From IMG/VR virus record IMGVR_UViG_3300028840_001431, positions 1-62,650 of that record: DNA of 62,650 nucleotides; one strand, 5' to 3'. This document shows, piece by piece, positions 1-7,606 of this stretch. Made by a program: the position numbers and the translations under genes. Under the pieces are notes generated by a model. It did not search any database, was not told the DNA's origin, and saw nothing but the letters and a program-made list of their open reading frames with translations. The stretch comes from a virus. Its lineage: Duplodnaviria > Caudoviricetes. How positions within the stretch are numbered: position 1 is the stretch's first letter; every line of letters starts with the position of its first letter.

Positions 1-144
1 AAGCATATCTCGATCTTGGACGTGAGAAAGGGCAAGTGGGCATCGGATAGGATTGCAGATGAGATGCTTGACGTTCAGTTAGAGTGGAACCCCATTCTTT
101 TCACGGCTGAACAGGGCCATATCAACAAGACCTTGGGACCTTTC
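1..144. repeat. 144-bp exact terminal direct repeat (copy 1); circular-assembly overlap
   Basis: 1-144 (aagcatatct...gggacctttc) is identical to 62507-62650 and lies inside the terminase ORF. Confidence 0.97.
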
Positions 145-429
145 CTGAAGCTCATGATGAAGCAAAGGGGCATTACGATCAACCTTGATCCCCGAGTCCC
201 CGTGACCGATAAGGTGTCCCGAGCCCGCACGGTCCAAGGCCTGAGCAAGCAAGGGATGGTCAGTTTGCCGAAGAGAGGTCCCGATCAGCCAGCATGGTTA
301 TCTGATGTCCGAATGCAGTTGAGGCGTTTTCCCTACGGGAAAAATAAGGACTTTGTTGATGCCTTAGCATGGATGGGGCAAGCGATTGATGAGGTATTCA
401 AATCCAAGTGGGTTGGGGTAGCGACATGA
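1..429 (+). CDS. terL: Terminase large subunit, C-terminal nuclease part
   Basis: DKVSRA...LRRFPYGKNKDFVDALAW is a typical terminase RNase-H-like C-terminus; in frame with 61514..62650. Confidence 0.88.
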   Translation, partial: KHISILDVRKGKWASDRIADEMLDVQLEWNPILFTAEQGHINKTLGPFLKLMMKQRGITINLDPRVPVTDKVSRARTVQGLSKQGMVSLPKRGPDQPAWLSDVRMQLRRFPYGKNKDFVDALAWMGQAIDEVFKSKWVGVAT

Positions 430-626
430 TCAAGACGATATGGGCGGTCATTCGGTGTTACTCGCATTGCCTGTTTGCTCTCCATCGGCCATTCATTCAA
501 GAATACAAGGGGAAGCTCTTCGTTGTGAGCTGTTGGGAGTGTGAGCGTTCGTTCTATGGACCTGATGACGTGGTAAAGAAGCAGATCAGATTGTTCAGGG
601 CTCTTTCCCGAGCCTTTCATAGGTGA
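426..626 (+). CDS. Small hypothetical protein (CxxC)
   Basis: ATG overlaps the terL stop (ATGA coupling). Confidence 0.5.
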   Translation: MIKTIWAVIRCYSHCLFALHRPFIQEYKGKLFVVSCWECERSFYGPDDVVKKQIRLFRALSRAFHR

Positions 627-697
627 TACTCGCGTCCCTGCTAATTGGAACTAATATCGACCGATTGAGTCAAATTAACCTTTAGAGGAGGAGCATC

Positions 698-910
698 ATG
701 GATCAAAAAGACCTTCATCATCGTTTCACGTATCATCCACCGACCGGGAATCAGCCTGAGAAGTATGAGCAGATCAGGACGATAGCCCGTAATTTCTCTG
801 ATAACCTAAACCTTGCTTGCCCGGACAGCCGGGAAAAGAGTCTTGCGATCACCAAGCTTGAAGAGGCGGTTATGTGGGCAAACGCCGCTATTGCCAGAAA
901 TCCGAAGTAA
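698..910 (+). CDS. Acb2/Tad1-like helical-hairpin protein (putative immune-signal sponge)
   Basis: RFTYHPP...CPDSREKSLAITKLEEAVMWANAAIARN resembles the Tad1/Acb2 hairpin family; GAGGAG RBS. Confidence 0.65.
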   Translation: MDQKDLHHRFTYHPPTGNQPEKYEQIRTIARNFSDNLNLACPDSREKSLAITKLEEAVMWANAAIARNPK

Positions 911-1091
911 TATCCACAACTAAAAATTCGTTGACTTCAGATGATAGCAGATGAGAGGATATGAGAGACTAGGACGGGGGAGTAATCGTGGTTTTTTCAC
1001 CTGACCGGGTTTCATAGGGTTCCCCCTCAAGTGTCCTTTCCCATGGTATCCCCCGTCCCCTTACTAATCCCTTAAATGGAGGGACCTCGCA

Positions 1092-1601
1092 ATGGAGGAA
1101 GCTCAATGGAGCACCGAATTGACCCTTGATGAAGGGTACATGATTGGATCTCTCGCCGCTTGTCGTATCGTCCGAAAATTCCACTACAAACGAAAGAAGA
1201 GTCACGGTGGTCATTCCCGGAGAGATAATCGGATCATTTGGGCCGATTCGATCAATGGGTTGATGGGTGAGTATGCCGCGTCAAAGGTCCTTGGCTTGCC
1301 TTGGACCCCCGGCGGGCCGATGATTACCCATGGTGATATTGCCGAGGCTATTGAGGTCCGAACCCCGTGGAAACGGAATGGGAACCTCCTCATCTACAAG
1401 AGCGATACCTTACAGGTCCCGTTCGTCAAGATGAAGGGTGAGTTCCCGGTCTACCATGCGGTGGGTTGGATCTTGGGTGATGAGGCCCGATGTGATGACT
1501 TTTGGTGGAAAGGGGGTGATCCTCCATGTTGGAGCGTACCTGACCGATGCCTGACATCGATGGAACGATTCAAACCTTGGCTTGAAGGACGGTATATATG
1601 A
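1092..1601 (+). CDS. Hypothetical protein, possible PD-(D/E)xK-like fold
   Basis: GGAGG RBS; GxxGEYA...GDI...IEVRT pattern. Confidence 0.5.
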   Translation: MEEAQWSTELTLDEGYMIGSLAACRIVRKFHYKRKKSHGGHSRRDNRIIWADSINGLMGEYAASKVLGLPWTPGGPMITHGDIAEAIEVRTPWKRNGNLLIYKSDTLQVPFVKMKGEFPVYHAVGWILGDEARCDDFWWKGGDPPCWSVPDRCLTSMERFKPWLEGRYI

Positions 1602-1768
1602 GCACGTTGTTGGATCTAGCTTGGCAACATACGATTGGAGCCATCGCCTCTTCATTGGTGGGGTTCCTGACGTTCTTGGTGATTGTTGCCTTTGTTGGCC
1701 TCTTAATCCTGATAACCCGATATCGGTCAAAGCCTGAAGGTCCCATGAAACCCATCGACGAAGAGTGA
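1598..1768 (+). CDS. 56-aa membrane protein whose 3' end reads through TIGR-like units
   Basis: Hand translation MSTLLDLAWQHTIGAIASSLVGFLTFLVIVAFVGLLILITRYRSKPEGPMKPIDEE; ATGA overlap with upstream ORF; its TGA stop is inside the edge motif GTGAACCG at 1765. Confidence 0.6.
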   Translation: MSTLLDLAWQHTIGAIASSLVGFLTFLVIVAFVGLLILITRYRSKPEGPMKPIDEE

Positions 1769-1808
1769 ACCGCAAAGAGTATGAAACCCTTACAAACTAT
1801 CGTGAAAG
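1729..1808 (+). repeat. Satellite TIGR-like units (2, possibly 3 from ~1694)
   Basis: AAAGCCT-N10-TGAAACCCA(1746)-N10-GTGAACCG-N9-TGAAACCCT(1782)-N11-GTGAAAGG; loop motifs 36 nt apart; TGATAACCCG at 1710 is a further 36 nt upstream. Confidence 0.75.
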
Positions 1809-1818
1809 GAGGAAGTCA

Positions 1819-2001
1819 ATGCGAGCATTGCAAGAGCAAGTAAGAATACAATGTTCAGATGGAAATTGGAATTATGATCCGTACATGCACGGCATGGCTA
1901 ATGGTTTGATTTGTGCTTTAGCTACCATCGAGGGGAAAGAGCCGAAATATCTCAACCCGCCGGAGAAGTGGCTATGTGATAACGAGGTTGAATGCGGCTG
2001 A
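1819..2001 (+). CDS. 60-aa hypothetical protein lying between TIGR-like units
   Basis: AAAGGAGG RBS upstream of ATG 1819 (the track's 1765 start is an array motif). Confidence 0.7.
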   Translation: MRALQEQVRIQCSDGNWNYDPYMHGMANGLICALATIEGKEPKYLNPPEKWLCDNEVECG

Positions 2002-2008
2002 TTCCCAC

Positions 2009-2440
2009 GTGAGCCTGAATATTGCTGGAACCCTTAAAGACTGTGTGAAGCCTTGTCGCGTTGGAACCCATAATAATCATGTGAGCCGTGGCCGTATGAA
2101 ACCCTGATTATACCTGTGAGCCGAGAGAATTGTGAAATCCTTATGACCGACTGTGAGCCTAAAAACCGTGAACCCCTACGACCTTCAGCGGAGTTTGGTG
2201 GAGGTGGACCCCATCCCCCCGTGATGAATCGATGATCCTTGGAACCCGATTAAGCTCAAGTGAGCCTAGCACACCCTGAAACCCTGAGTGGCTTGCGAGT
2301 CAACAGTTGATGAAGCCCATTAATACGGTATGAAGTTTGGACTCAATGAATCCCTACCATCATGTATGAAGCCATAGTTATCTTGGACCCCAATCCTAAC
2401 AAGTGAGTCTAATGGAGATCGTGAAACCCTAACAATATTA
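2009..2440 (+). ncRNA. TIGR-like (tandem interspaced guide RNA) array: 12 units of ~36 nt, edge repeat - spacer A - loop repeat - spacer B
   Basis: No ORF of 60 aa or more in 2002-2464. Loop motif TG(A/G)A(A/C)CCC(T/A) at 2026, 2062, 2097, 2133, 2169, 2205, 2240, 2277, 2311, 2347, 2384, 2422 (mean period 36.0) alternates with edge motif (G/A)TGA(A)GCC/GTC at 2009, 2045, 2081, 2116, 2153, 2188, 2224, 2260, 2295, 2330, 2366, 2403; intervening 8-11-nt segments are all different. Confidence 0.9.
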
Positions 2441-2464
2441 CGCCTTTGAGCAAGGAGGACAGAG

Positions 2465-2923
2465 ATGAAGCATCAACTAGACCCCGATATGATGGCCAAA
2501 GAAGAAAAGCGTCCCGAGATGCCAGATAACGCCGGGATGGCTAAGGACCCTTATCGTATGCCTGTTACAAGCGTTAATGAAGCAATTCTCAGGAACATGG
2601 AGGGCATGAGATCCCTCATGGAAGAGATGGTTCAGCTAACCCGTGAGATGGCGGGCCATGAGGTCAGGATCTTCCCCCCTGCCATGGATGAGAAATATAC
2701 CGGGGAGGTCTACAAGCGGGACAACGGGGAAGAGGTCCCGGAGAGTGAGTGGGTGATCTTCCGCGTGACCGATCATCTCCTTCCGAACGTGCTCAGGGCC
2801 TATATGGACCTTTGCAAGTCGGTGGGATGTAGTGAGAGGCACATCAACGGCATTGGTGGGCTTCTTCAGCGGGTGGAGCATTGGCAAGCTACCCATCCCC
2901 ATCGGGTACACATGCCGGATTAG
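2465..2923 (+). CDS. Hypothetical protein (first cargo gene after the array)
   Basis: AAGGAGG RBS; its TAG stop lies in the edge motif TTAGCCA. Confidence 0.75.
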   Translation: MKHQLDPDMMAKEEKRPEMPDNAGMAKDPYRMPVTSVNEAILRNMEGMRSLMEEMVQLTREMAGHEVRIFPPAMDEKYTGEVYKRDNGEEVPESEWVIFRVTDHLLPNVLRAYMDLCKSVGCSERHINGIGGLLQRVEHWQATHPHRVHMPD

Positions 2924-2961
2924 CCATTACGAATTGAAACCCTTGCAATCATAGGTGATCA
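2920..2961 (+). repeat. Solitary TIGR-like unit filling an intergenic gap
   Basis: TTAGCCA-TTACGAAT-TGAAACCCT(2935)-TGCAATCATAG-GTGATCA then ATG 2962. Confidence 0.7.
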
Positions 2962-3876
2962 ATGTACGCTCATCAGGTTATGGAGTGGCTCGACAATCAA
3001 GCGGTGCATCCGGGGCAAATGCCGGATAACTACCGGAGAGACTTGAAATTTCTACGGGAGGCTATTCGCAAGGCCGTCAAGTATCATATGGGATTCATCG
3101 GTGATTTCTATGATATTTTCAAGCATAGAGTCCTTGGTGAGCCGCTCTTTACTGATGACGTGGTTTGCATCCCCCCTTACAATTCGATTTGGGTGGATTG
3201 GAAAACCTCCAAGAGTGCGGGGATCAAGAGGCAAGCGATATTGTGTCATCACTTCAACGATCATAGCCATCCCCATAGGCGACTTGATTTCACCCCGTTC
3301 ACGTATCAAAACCATAATGGATGGGATTGGACTTACATTCCGATCATAGCTCATGTGGATTTCGACAAGAAAGGGGAGTCAGAGAGATCTGTCAGCTATA
3401 GTTCATCTCTTACCCCTGAGGAGTGGGATCAGTACGGGAACCCCGATAAGAATGATAAGAAAGACCGCGGCCAAACAGGGGCCATCAGGCATATGGCGGT
3501 TCATATGACGGCCATGGATATGCTGTTTTCTTTCCTGAATTGTAAAAACGTCAAGACAATTCCCGTTGATCCTGATAAGAAGCTATTGAAGAAGAGGGCC
3601 AAGAGAAACAAGCTCCCCATTCTGAGATATCACGTCCTGAAGGTCACGGGAGTCAAGATCAAGCAGGATGGGACGATTGGACGGGGCAATCGAGATCTTC
3701 CCCTTCATACGGTATGCGGTCACATCAAGGACTATACCGATAAGGGCCTATTCGGTAAGATCAAGGGGCGGTTCTTCTTTGCCGCTCATCTCAGGGGCTC
3801 AGCCGATCACGGTATGGTGATGAAGGATTACGAAACAGTACCGGAGGAAAGACATGAACAGACGATCATTTGTTAA
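2962..3876 (+). CDS. Hypothetical phage protein
   Basis: 304-aa ORF with C-terminal PLHTVCGHIKDY...AHLRGS motif seen in phage hypotheticals. Confidence 0.75.
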   Translation: MYAHQVMEWLDNQAVHPGQMPDNYRRDLKFLREAIRKAVKYHMGFIGDFYDIFKHRVLGEPLFTDDVVCIPPYNSIWVDWKTSKSAGIKRQAILCHHFNDHSHPHRRLDFTPFTYQNHNGWDWTYIPIIAHVDFDKKGESERSVSYSSSLTPEEWDQYGNPDKNDKKDRGQTGAIRHMAVHMTAMDMLFSFLNCKNVKTIPVDPDKKLLKKRAKRNKLPILRYHVLKVTGVKIKQDGTIGRGNRDLPLHTVCGHIKDYTDKGLFGKIKGRFFFAAHLRGSADHGMVMKDYETVPEERHEQTIIC

Positions 3877-4462
3877 GGCAATCATAGCGGTTGGAGCCTC
3901 TACCATAGTGAAACCCGCTCTTTCTCTGCTCCCCAAGGCTAAAGCCGTGAGTTCTCCGGCGAGTTCTCCAATTGGAGATTTGGAGATCCCCAAAAATGCC
4001 TTTGTAACGTCCGAGCAGATCAAGGCCATAAGGAGGTTGCTTGCTCGTGGCGAAGTGGCCTTTAATTGGCCTCGGGTCCATGGGAAGGCCTCGGTGGTCG
4101 ATGATATGTATCGACAAAACAGGCCGATAGGGCATTTCAAACACCTTGAGCTTCCAAAGGCTAAGACGGTGAGTTTCAGGCGATATGAGGAGCTTCCCAC
4201 GGTGCCTGAGCCCTTAGCTGAGGGGATGATCCCGAGTGGTGAGCGATTGGCCTATGCAGAGTTTGTCCCTTGGGATCATTACTATAATGCCGCGAAGTTA
4301 AACGAGGAATGGTTGAAGAGGTTTGAGGTTGCTTCAACCGCTTCTGAGGTCCCTCTTATCCAGCAACAGGACCTCAATAAAATGGCTAAGCGTTTGGGCG
4401 AGAACGTTGCCCGAGTGAAGGAAAGCCTTATCAAGGCATTGATCAAATCAGCAGTCAGGTGA
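3854..4462 (+). CDS. Twin-arginine-signal protein containing a truncated major-capsid-like segment
   Basis: N-terminus MNRRSFVKAIIAVGA; LPKAKTVSFRRYEELPTVPEPLAEGMIPSGERLAY aligns with MCP IPKRHTKSIKFRRYESLPRATAPLAEGIPPKGRKLTY. Confidence 0.75.
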   Translation: MNRRSFVKAIIAVGASTIVKPALSLLPKAKAVSSPASSPIGDLEIPKNAFVTSEQIKAIRRLLARGEVAFNWPRVHGKASVVDDMYRQNRPIGHFKHLELPKAKTVSFRRYEELPTVPEPLAEGMIPSGERLAYAEFVPWDHYYNAAKLNEEWLKRFEVASTASEVPLIQQQDLNKMAKRLGENVARVKESLIKALIKSAVR

Positions 4463-4527
4463 TAGCGGAACCCTAGTGAGTATCTATGTTAAAAAGCGAT
4501 TAACAATGTTAATTTTGAGGTAACACC

Positions 4528-5085
4528 ATGAAGATAACAAGACGCGGATTCCTGAAGCTGTTAGGCGTTGGTGGTCCGGGATTAGCGGCGACCGCTACGG
4601 CTAAGATGAACCCCGTCAAAGGCCTTGAGGCCCTATTTCGGAACCTTCCCCAAGCAAAAGGGATTAGGGATGGGCAAGTCATCCTTGGATTTGATCCTAA
4701 GGTGATGTATGGTGATTGGATGAAGTCCGGGATTATCGTAAAACCGGAGATGTATGGAGTCTATGGGCCGTGGCGACCGTCCCCGAAACCGGGAAAGAAG
4801 CCGGGAGATTTGGGGTATTATGACTTGAGCCAAGTCCCTGATGAAACGATGAGGAAGGTACGGAAGAGCATTGAAACCTTTATCCCGAGGAAATGGCGAC
4901 CCCATGTAGTCATTGACCTTTCGGCTTCGGGTGATATCATTTGGTGGAGGTATCTTCCACCGGGGATGAGTCCGATCAGGAACCAGAAGCCCCCGGTTGA
5001 TACGTTCTTCCCCGAGAAGAGGAAGTCAAAGTTGACCGGAAAGCCCTTGAGAGAGGGTGAGCGTATCTCGTATTGGGATGATTGA
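4528..5085 (+). CDS. Twin-arginine (Tat) signal-containing hypothetical protein
   Basis: MKITRRGFLKLLGVGGPGLAATATA fits S/T-R-R-x-F-L-K; its TGA stop is inside the edge motif TTGAGCCA. Confidence 0.75.
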   Translation: MKITRRGFLKLLGVGGPGLAATATAKMNPVKGLEALFRNLPQAKGIRDGQVILGFDPKVMYGDWMKSGIIVKPEMYGVYGPWRPSPKPGKKPGDLGYYDLSQVPDETMRKVRKSIETFIPRKWRPHVVIDLSASGDIIWWRYLPPGMSPIRNQKPPVDTFFPEKRKSKLTGKPLREGERISYWDD

Positions 5086-5162
5086 GCCATTTGAAAGTAG
5101 GAACCCAAGATAGATTTTGTGAGCCTAATGACTGCTGGAGCCCTAGATAGTGTGTGAAATCA
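5082..5162 (+). repeat. Satellite TIGR-like mini-array (2 units)
   Basis: TTGAGCCA-N9-AGGAACCCA-N11-GTGAGCCT-N9-TGGAGCCCT-N9-GTGAAATCA; edges at 5082, 5119, 5154. Confidence 0.8.
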
Positions 5163-5180
5163 AAACTTTGGAGGTATGAA

Positions 5181-5663
5181 ATGAAGAGAATGAATTTGAG
5201 AGATTGGATTGCTTTCGTTTGTGTCGTCATTATCCTTGCGTTTGTCCTTACGCCGATGTTTGCAAATGCTCAAAACAAGGTCTATCAAGCGGATCTTCAC
5301 TTGATGTGGGAACATTCCGAGCATCCTTCCAACATGGCCGGGGGTGGATATCGGATCTATTGGGGTCCCGATGAGGGTGGACCGTGGCCTCAGTCTAAGG
5401 ATATCGACTTTGCAACTGTGGCCCCCGGTACGCCTTTGCCGAGTGGAGTGACGACCTATGAGGTCCCTCAGATCTTGATCCCGATTGACAATCCTCAGGC
5501 CTTATCAGCGGTCACGCGGTACATAGTCATGACGGCTTGGAATCAGGGAGGAGATGAATCAGATCCATCGAATGAAGTCACGGTTCCCATGAAATTCAAG
5601 CTTGCGGGGGTCAATGCTTTGAAGATCATCTTCAAGGCACTCATTGAAATCACGATTCCATGA
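5181..5663 (+). CDS. Secreted Fn3/Ig-like protein
   Basis: Signal peptide ending ANA; GYRIYWG...YIVMTAWNQGGDESDPSNEV is a fibronectin-III-like pattern. Confidence 0.6.
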   Translation: MKRMNLRDWIAFVCVVIILAFVLTPMFANAQNKVYQADLHLMWEHSEHPSNMAGGGYRIYWGPDEGGPWPQSKDIDFATVAPGTPLPSGVTTYEVPQILIPIDNPQALSAVTRYIVMTAWNQGGDESDPSNEVTVPMKFKLAGVNALKIIFKALIEITIP

Positions 5664-5944
5664 CCCGAAAAGCAAAGCCCCAAAAAGGAAGGAAGGTCGA
5701 TTTTTGGTCCTTTTGTACGGGGGCAGGAATGGGAATCTTCCTTGGACTACTCGCGGGTCAAGCCATCTATCAACCGGACACACCAAGGCCCGAGAGTTTT
5801 CGACCTGTCCAAGTGATGAGGCCTCTCCCTGATGGGAAATTTCAGGAAGGGCGAATGGGTCCGAATGGACGATTCATACCCGTTGGACCTCCAAGGGAGT
5901 TGACAGAGAAAGAAAAGGCCATGGTCCCGGCTGAATTGAGGTAA
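5660..5944 (+). CDS. Single-pass membrane hypothetical protein
   Basis: Hydrophobic segment; ATGA overlap. Confidence 0.55.
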   Translation: MTRKAKPQKGRKVDFWSFCTGAGMGIFLGLLAGQAIYQPDTPRPESFRPVQVMRPLPDGKFQEGRMGPNGRFIPVGPPRELTEKEKAMVPAELR

Positions 5945-5947
5945 GGC

Positions 5948-6595
5948 ATGATCAAGCCCCCCGCAATGGTTAAGGCCTACCCTGAGAGGAAATTCCATCG
6001 ATTCTTCTTCGATGAAGGTCCCCCATGTGACTTCTATGTGAGAGGGGCTATTGCTTGGCCTTGGATAGGTCAATTAGGCTTTGGAGTCCTAGGGGCTCAA
6101 GAGATCAATACGAAGATCGTCTATGTCTTTGAAGAATATGAGTTTCTCCACATTGACCCCGTTTTCGACCCTGACACAACTAAATACGTTGGATTGGCCG
6201 ACTTCCTCAATAGGATGGCCTCAAAGTATCAGGCAACCGAGTATTTCTGGAATGACCGCCCTGACCTCCACGATTATTATCACAAGCTTGTCATCAGATC
6301 CCCCCAAGTGAACGTTCAGCCCGCCATGATCAAAGCCCATTACGACAAGGATGAGGTTGCAGATGGGATTCTCCATGCTCATGTTGACCGGAAAACGGTT
6401 AGGGTATCATTGCAATCTCAGGTGTTACAGCATTTGCAAGGGGGTGATCCCGATCAATTCAGGGGATATCATGCTTTGAGGGTCCTTTTGATGGGGTTCA
6501 CTAATTTTCCATGGAGGGACCCCGGACCACCGACCGAGGACGTGGTTGAGATTTGGGACCCCACTCCTCGTATTTGGTCGAAATGGAGCAGATGA
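5948..6595 (+). CDS. Hypothetical protein (possibly RNase-H-like fold)
   Basis: 215-aa ORF with GAGGT RBS; the fold guess is weak. Confidence 0.6.
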   Translation: MIKPPAMVKAYPERKFHRFFFDEGPPCDFYVRGAIAWPWIGQLGFGVLGAQEINTKIVYVFEEYEFLHIDPVFDPDTTKYVGLADFLNRMASKYQATEYFWNDRPDLHDYYHKLVIRSPQVNVQPAMIKAHYDKDEVADGILHAHVDRKTVRVSLQSQVLQHLQGGDPDQFRGYHALRVLLMGFTNFPWRDPGPPTEDVVEIWDPTPRIWSKWSR

Positions 6596-6611
6596 AAGGA
6601 GGTGATGGCAG

Positions 6612-6665
6612 ATGCCTTGCGGATCAAAGAAGGGTAAGAAGAGAGGGGGCCGGAAAGGCCGTTAA
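6612..6665 (+). CDS. 17-aa basic micropeptide MPCGSKKGKKRGGRKGR
   Basis: AAAGGAGGTG RBS upstream; hand translation. Confidence 0.5.
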   Translation: MPCGSKKGKKRGGRKGR

Positions 6666-6673
6666 GAAAACTA

Positions 6674-6702
6674 TTGACTTTTCAGCGAAATTGTGCTTTA
6701 AC
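6674..6702 (+). promoter_or_regulatory. Possible sigma70 promoter
   Basis: TTGACT-17 nt-TTTAAC with TG upstream of the -10. Confidence 0.35.
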
Positions 6703-6710
6703 CCCCGGCA

Positions 6711-6911
6711 ATGATCAGGGGGATAAAAAGAGTTGAACTCACGATTGTCTGTGAGAGGTGCGGGAGGAAGGCTCAAGTTGAATCATTAGATGATACGGTT
6801 TGCCTGTCCTGCCTAGCGTTTGCCGATAGGAGAAAGAAGGTTGGAAAAGTCATCTCCCGAGTTGTCTCTGACGCGGCAAAAGGAAAGTTTTCTCCAAAGG
6901 TTACGCCGTGA
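6711..6911 (+). CDS. Small zinc-finger protein
   Basis: CERC...CLSC. Confidence 0.5.
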   Translation: MIRGIKRVELTIVCERCGRKAQVESLDDTVCLSCLAFADRRKKVGKVISRVVSDAAKGKFSPKVTP

Positions 6912-7024
6912 CCATGGCATAACTCCCACCGTTTGCATCGAAAAATACCCCGGAACAAACAGGCCTTGCTTACACGCTTTCATTCGGAAGGATGGAGGCG
7001 TTCATCATTTTAGGAGGATGATCC

Positions 7025-7339
7025 ATGAAGCTGATCTCACTTAGAATACCCAAGAAGAAAAAGAAAGACATGCCTGAGGCCGTAACCGCCTATGAGGGTG
7101 ATCGGTATCCATGGGGGCTCAGGATCAGCATGAACAAGGATGAGATCAAGAAGCTCAATGCTTCAGGCCTGAACGCCGGGGATATGGTCAAGATCGTAGC
7201 GACCGGGAAGGTTATCGAAAAGCGGGTGAGTGATGAGGTTCCCGATAAACGGAGCGAGCACATCTCGATTCAAATCCAGACGATGGGGTTCACGAACAAA
7301 TCTGACTTTGCCGGGGCTTTCAAAGAAGCATCCAAGTAA
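7025..7339 (+). CDS. Small head-associated (capsid staple/gp10-like) protein
   Basis: YPWGLRISMNKDEIKKL...GDMVKIVATGKV...ISIQIQTM pattern seen in podovirus head modules. Confidence 0.5.
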   Translation: MKLISLRIPKKKKKDMPEAVTAYEGDRYPWGLRISMNKDEIKKLNASGLNAGDMVKIVATGKVIEKRVSDEVPDKRSEHISIQIQTMGFTNKSDFAGAFKEASK

Positions 7340-7606
7340 ATGCTAAACCTCAGAAGAAAAGTTCAATCTATGGCCGATTTTGATCCTGAAGGGTCAGGCT
7401 ATGATTACAAGACCGCTATCAAAGATCGCGTTCTCCCTAAGAGGGGCCATTGGTCGAGCAGAAACCCGAAAACGGGGCAAATATTGAAAGGCCGGAAACA
7501 CCGGACCCATAAGAAAACGGTCAAGGGTGAGAAGAAGGCCGGATATCGAATCATCAAGGGAAAGGACGGGAAATATTATTCAGTACCCCGAGGGAGGTAT
7601 GACTAA
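7340..7606 (+). CDS. Basic hypothetical protein
   Basis: Abuts neighbouring genes; K/R-rich. Confidence 0.55.
   Translation: MLNLRRKVQSMADFDPEGSGYDYKTAIKDRVLPKRGHWSSRNPKTGQILKGRKHRTHKKTVKGEKKAGYRIIKGKDGKYYSVPRGRYD

Noticed and set aside
1-144. Biological direct terminal repeat (T7-like ends)
   Set aside because: It falls mid-terL and is most simply an assembly overlap of a circular or permuted genome.
608-672. Degenerate TIGR half-units before the Acb2/Tad1-like gene
   Set aside because: The two half-units are out of phase (22 nt apart) with several mismatches; too weak to list as a feature.
1765-1818. N-terminal extension of ORF 1765..2001 in the track
   Set aside because: The GTG is part of an edge repeat; the strong RBS points to ATG 1819. 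The same applies to track starts 5154 and 58386.
2009-2440. CRISPR array
   Set aside because: No 23-47-nt conserved repeat. The conserved parts are two alternating 7-9-nt motifs with ~9-nt variable segments. There is no cas operon; the Cas4-like gene sits in a recombination operon.
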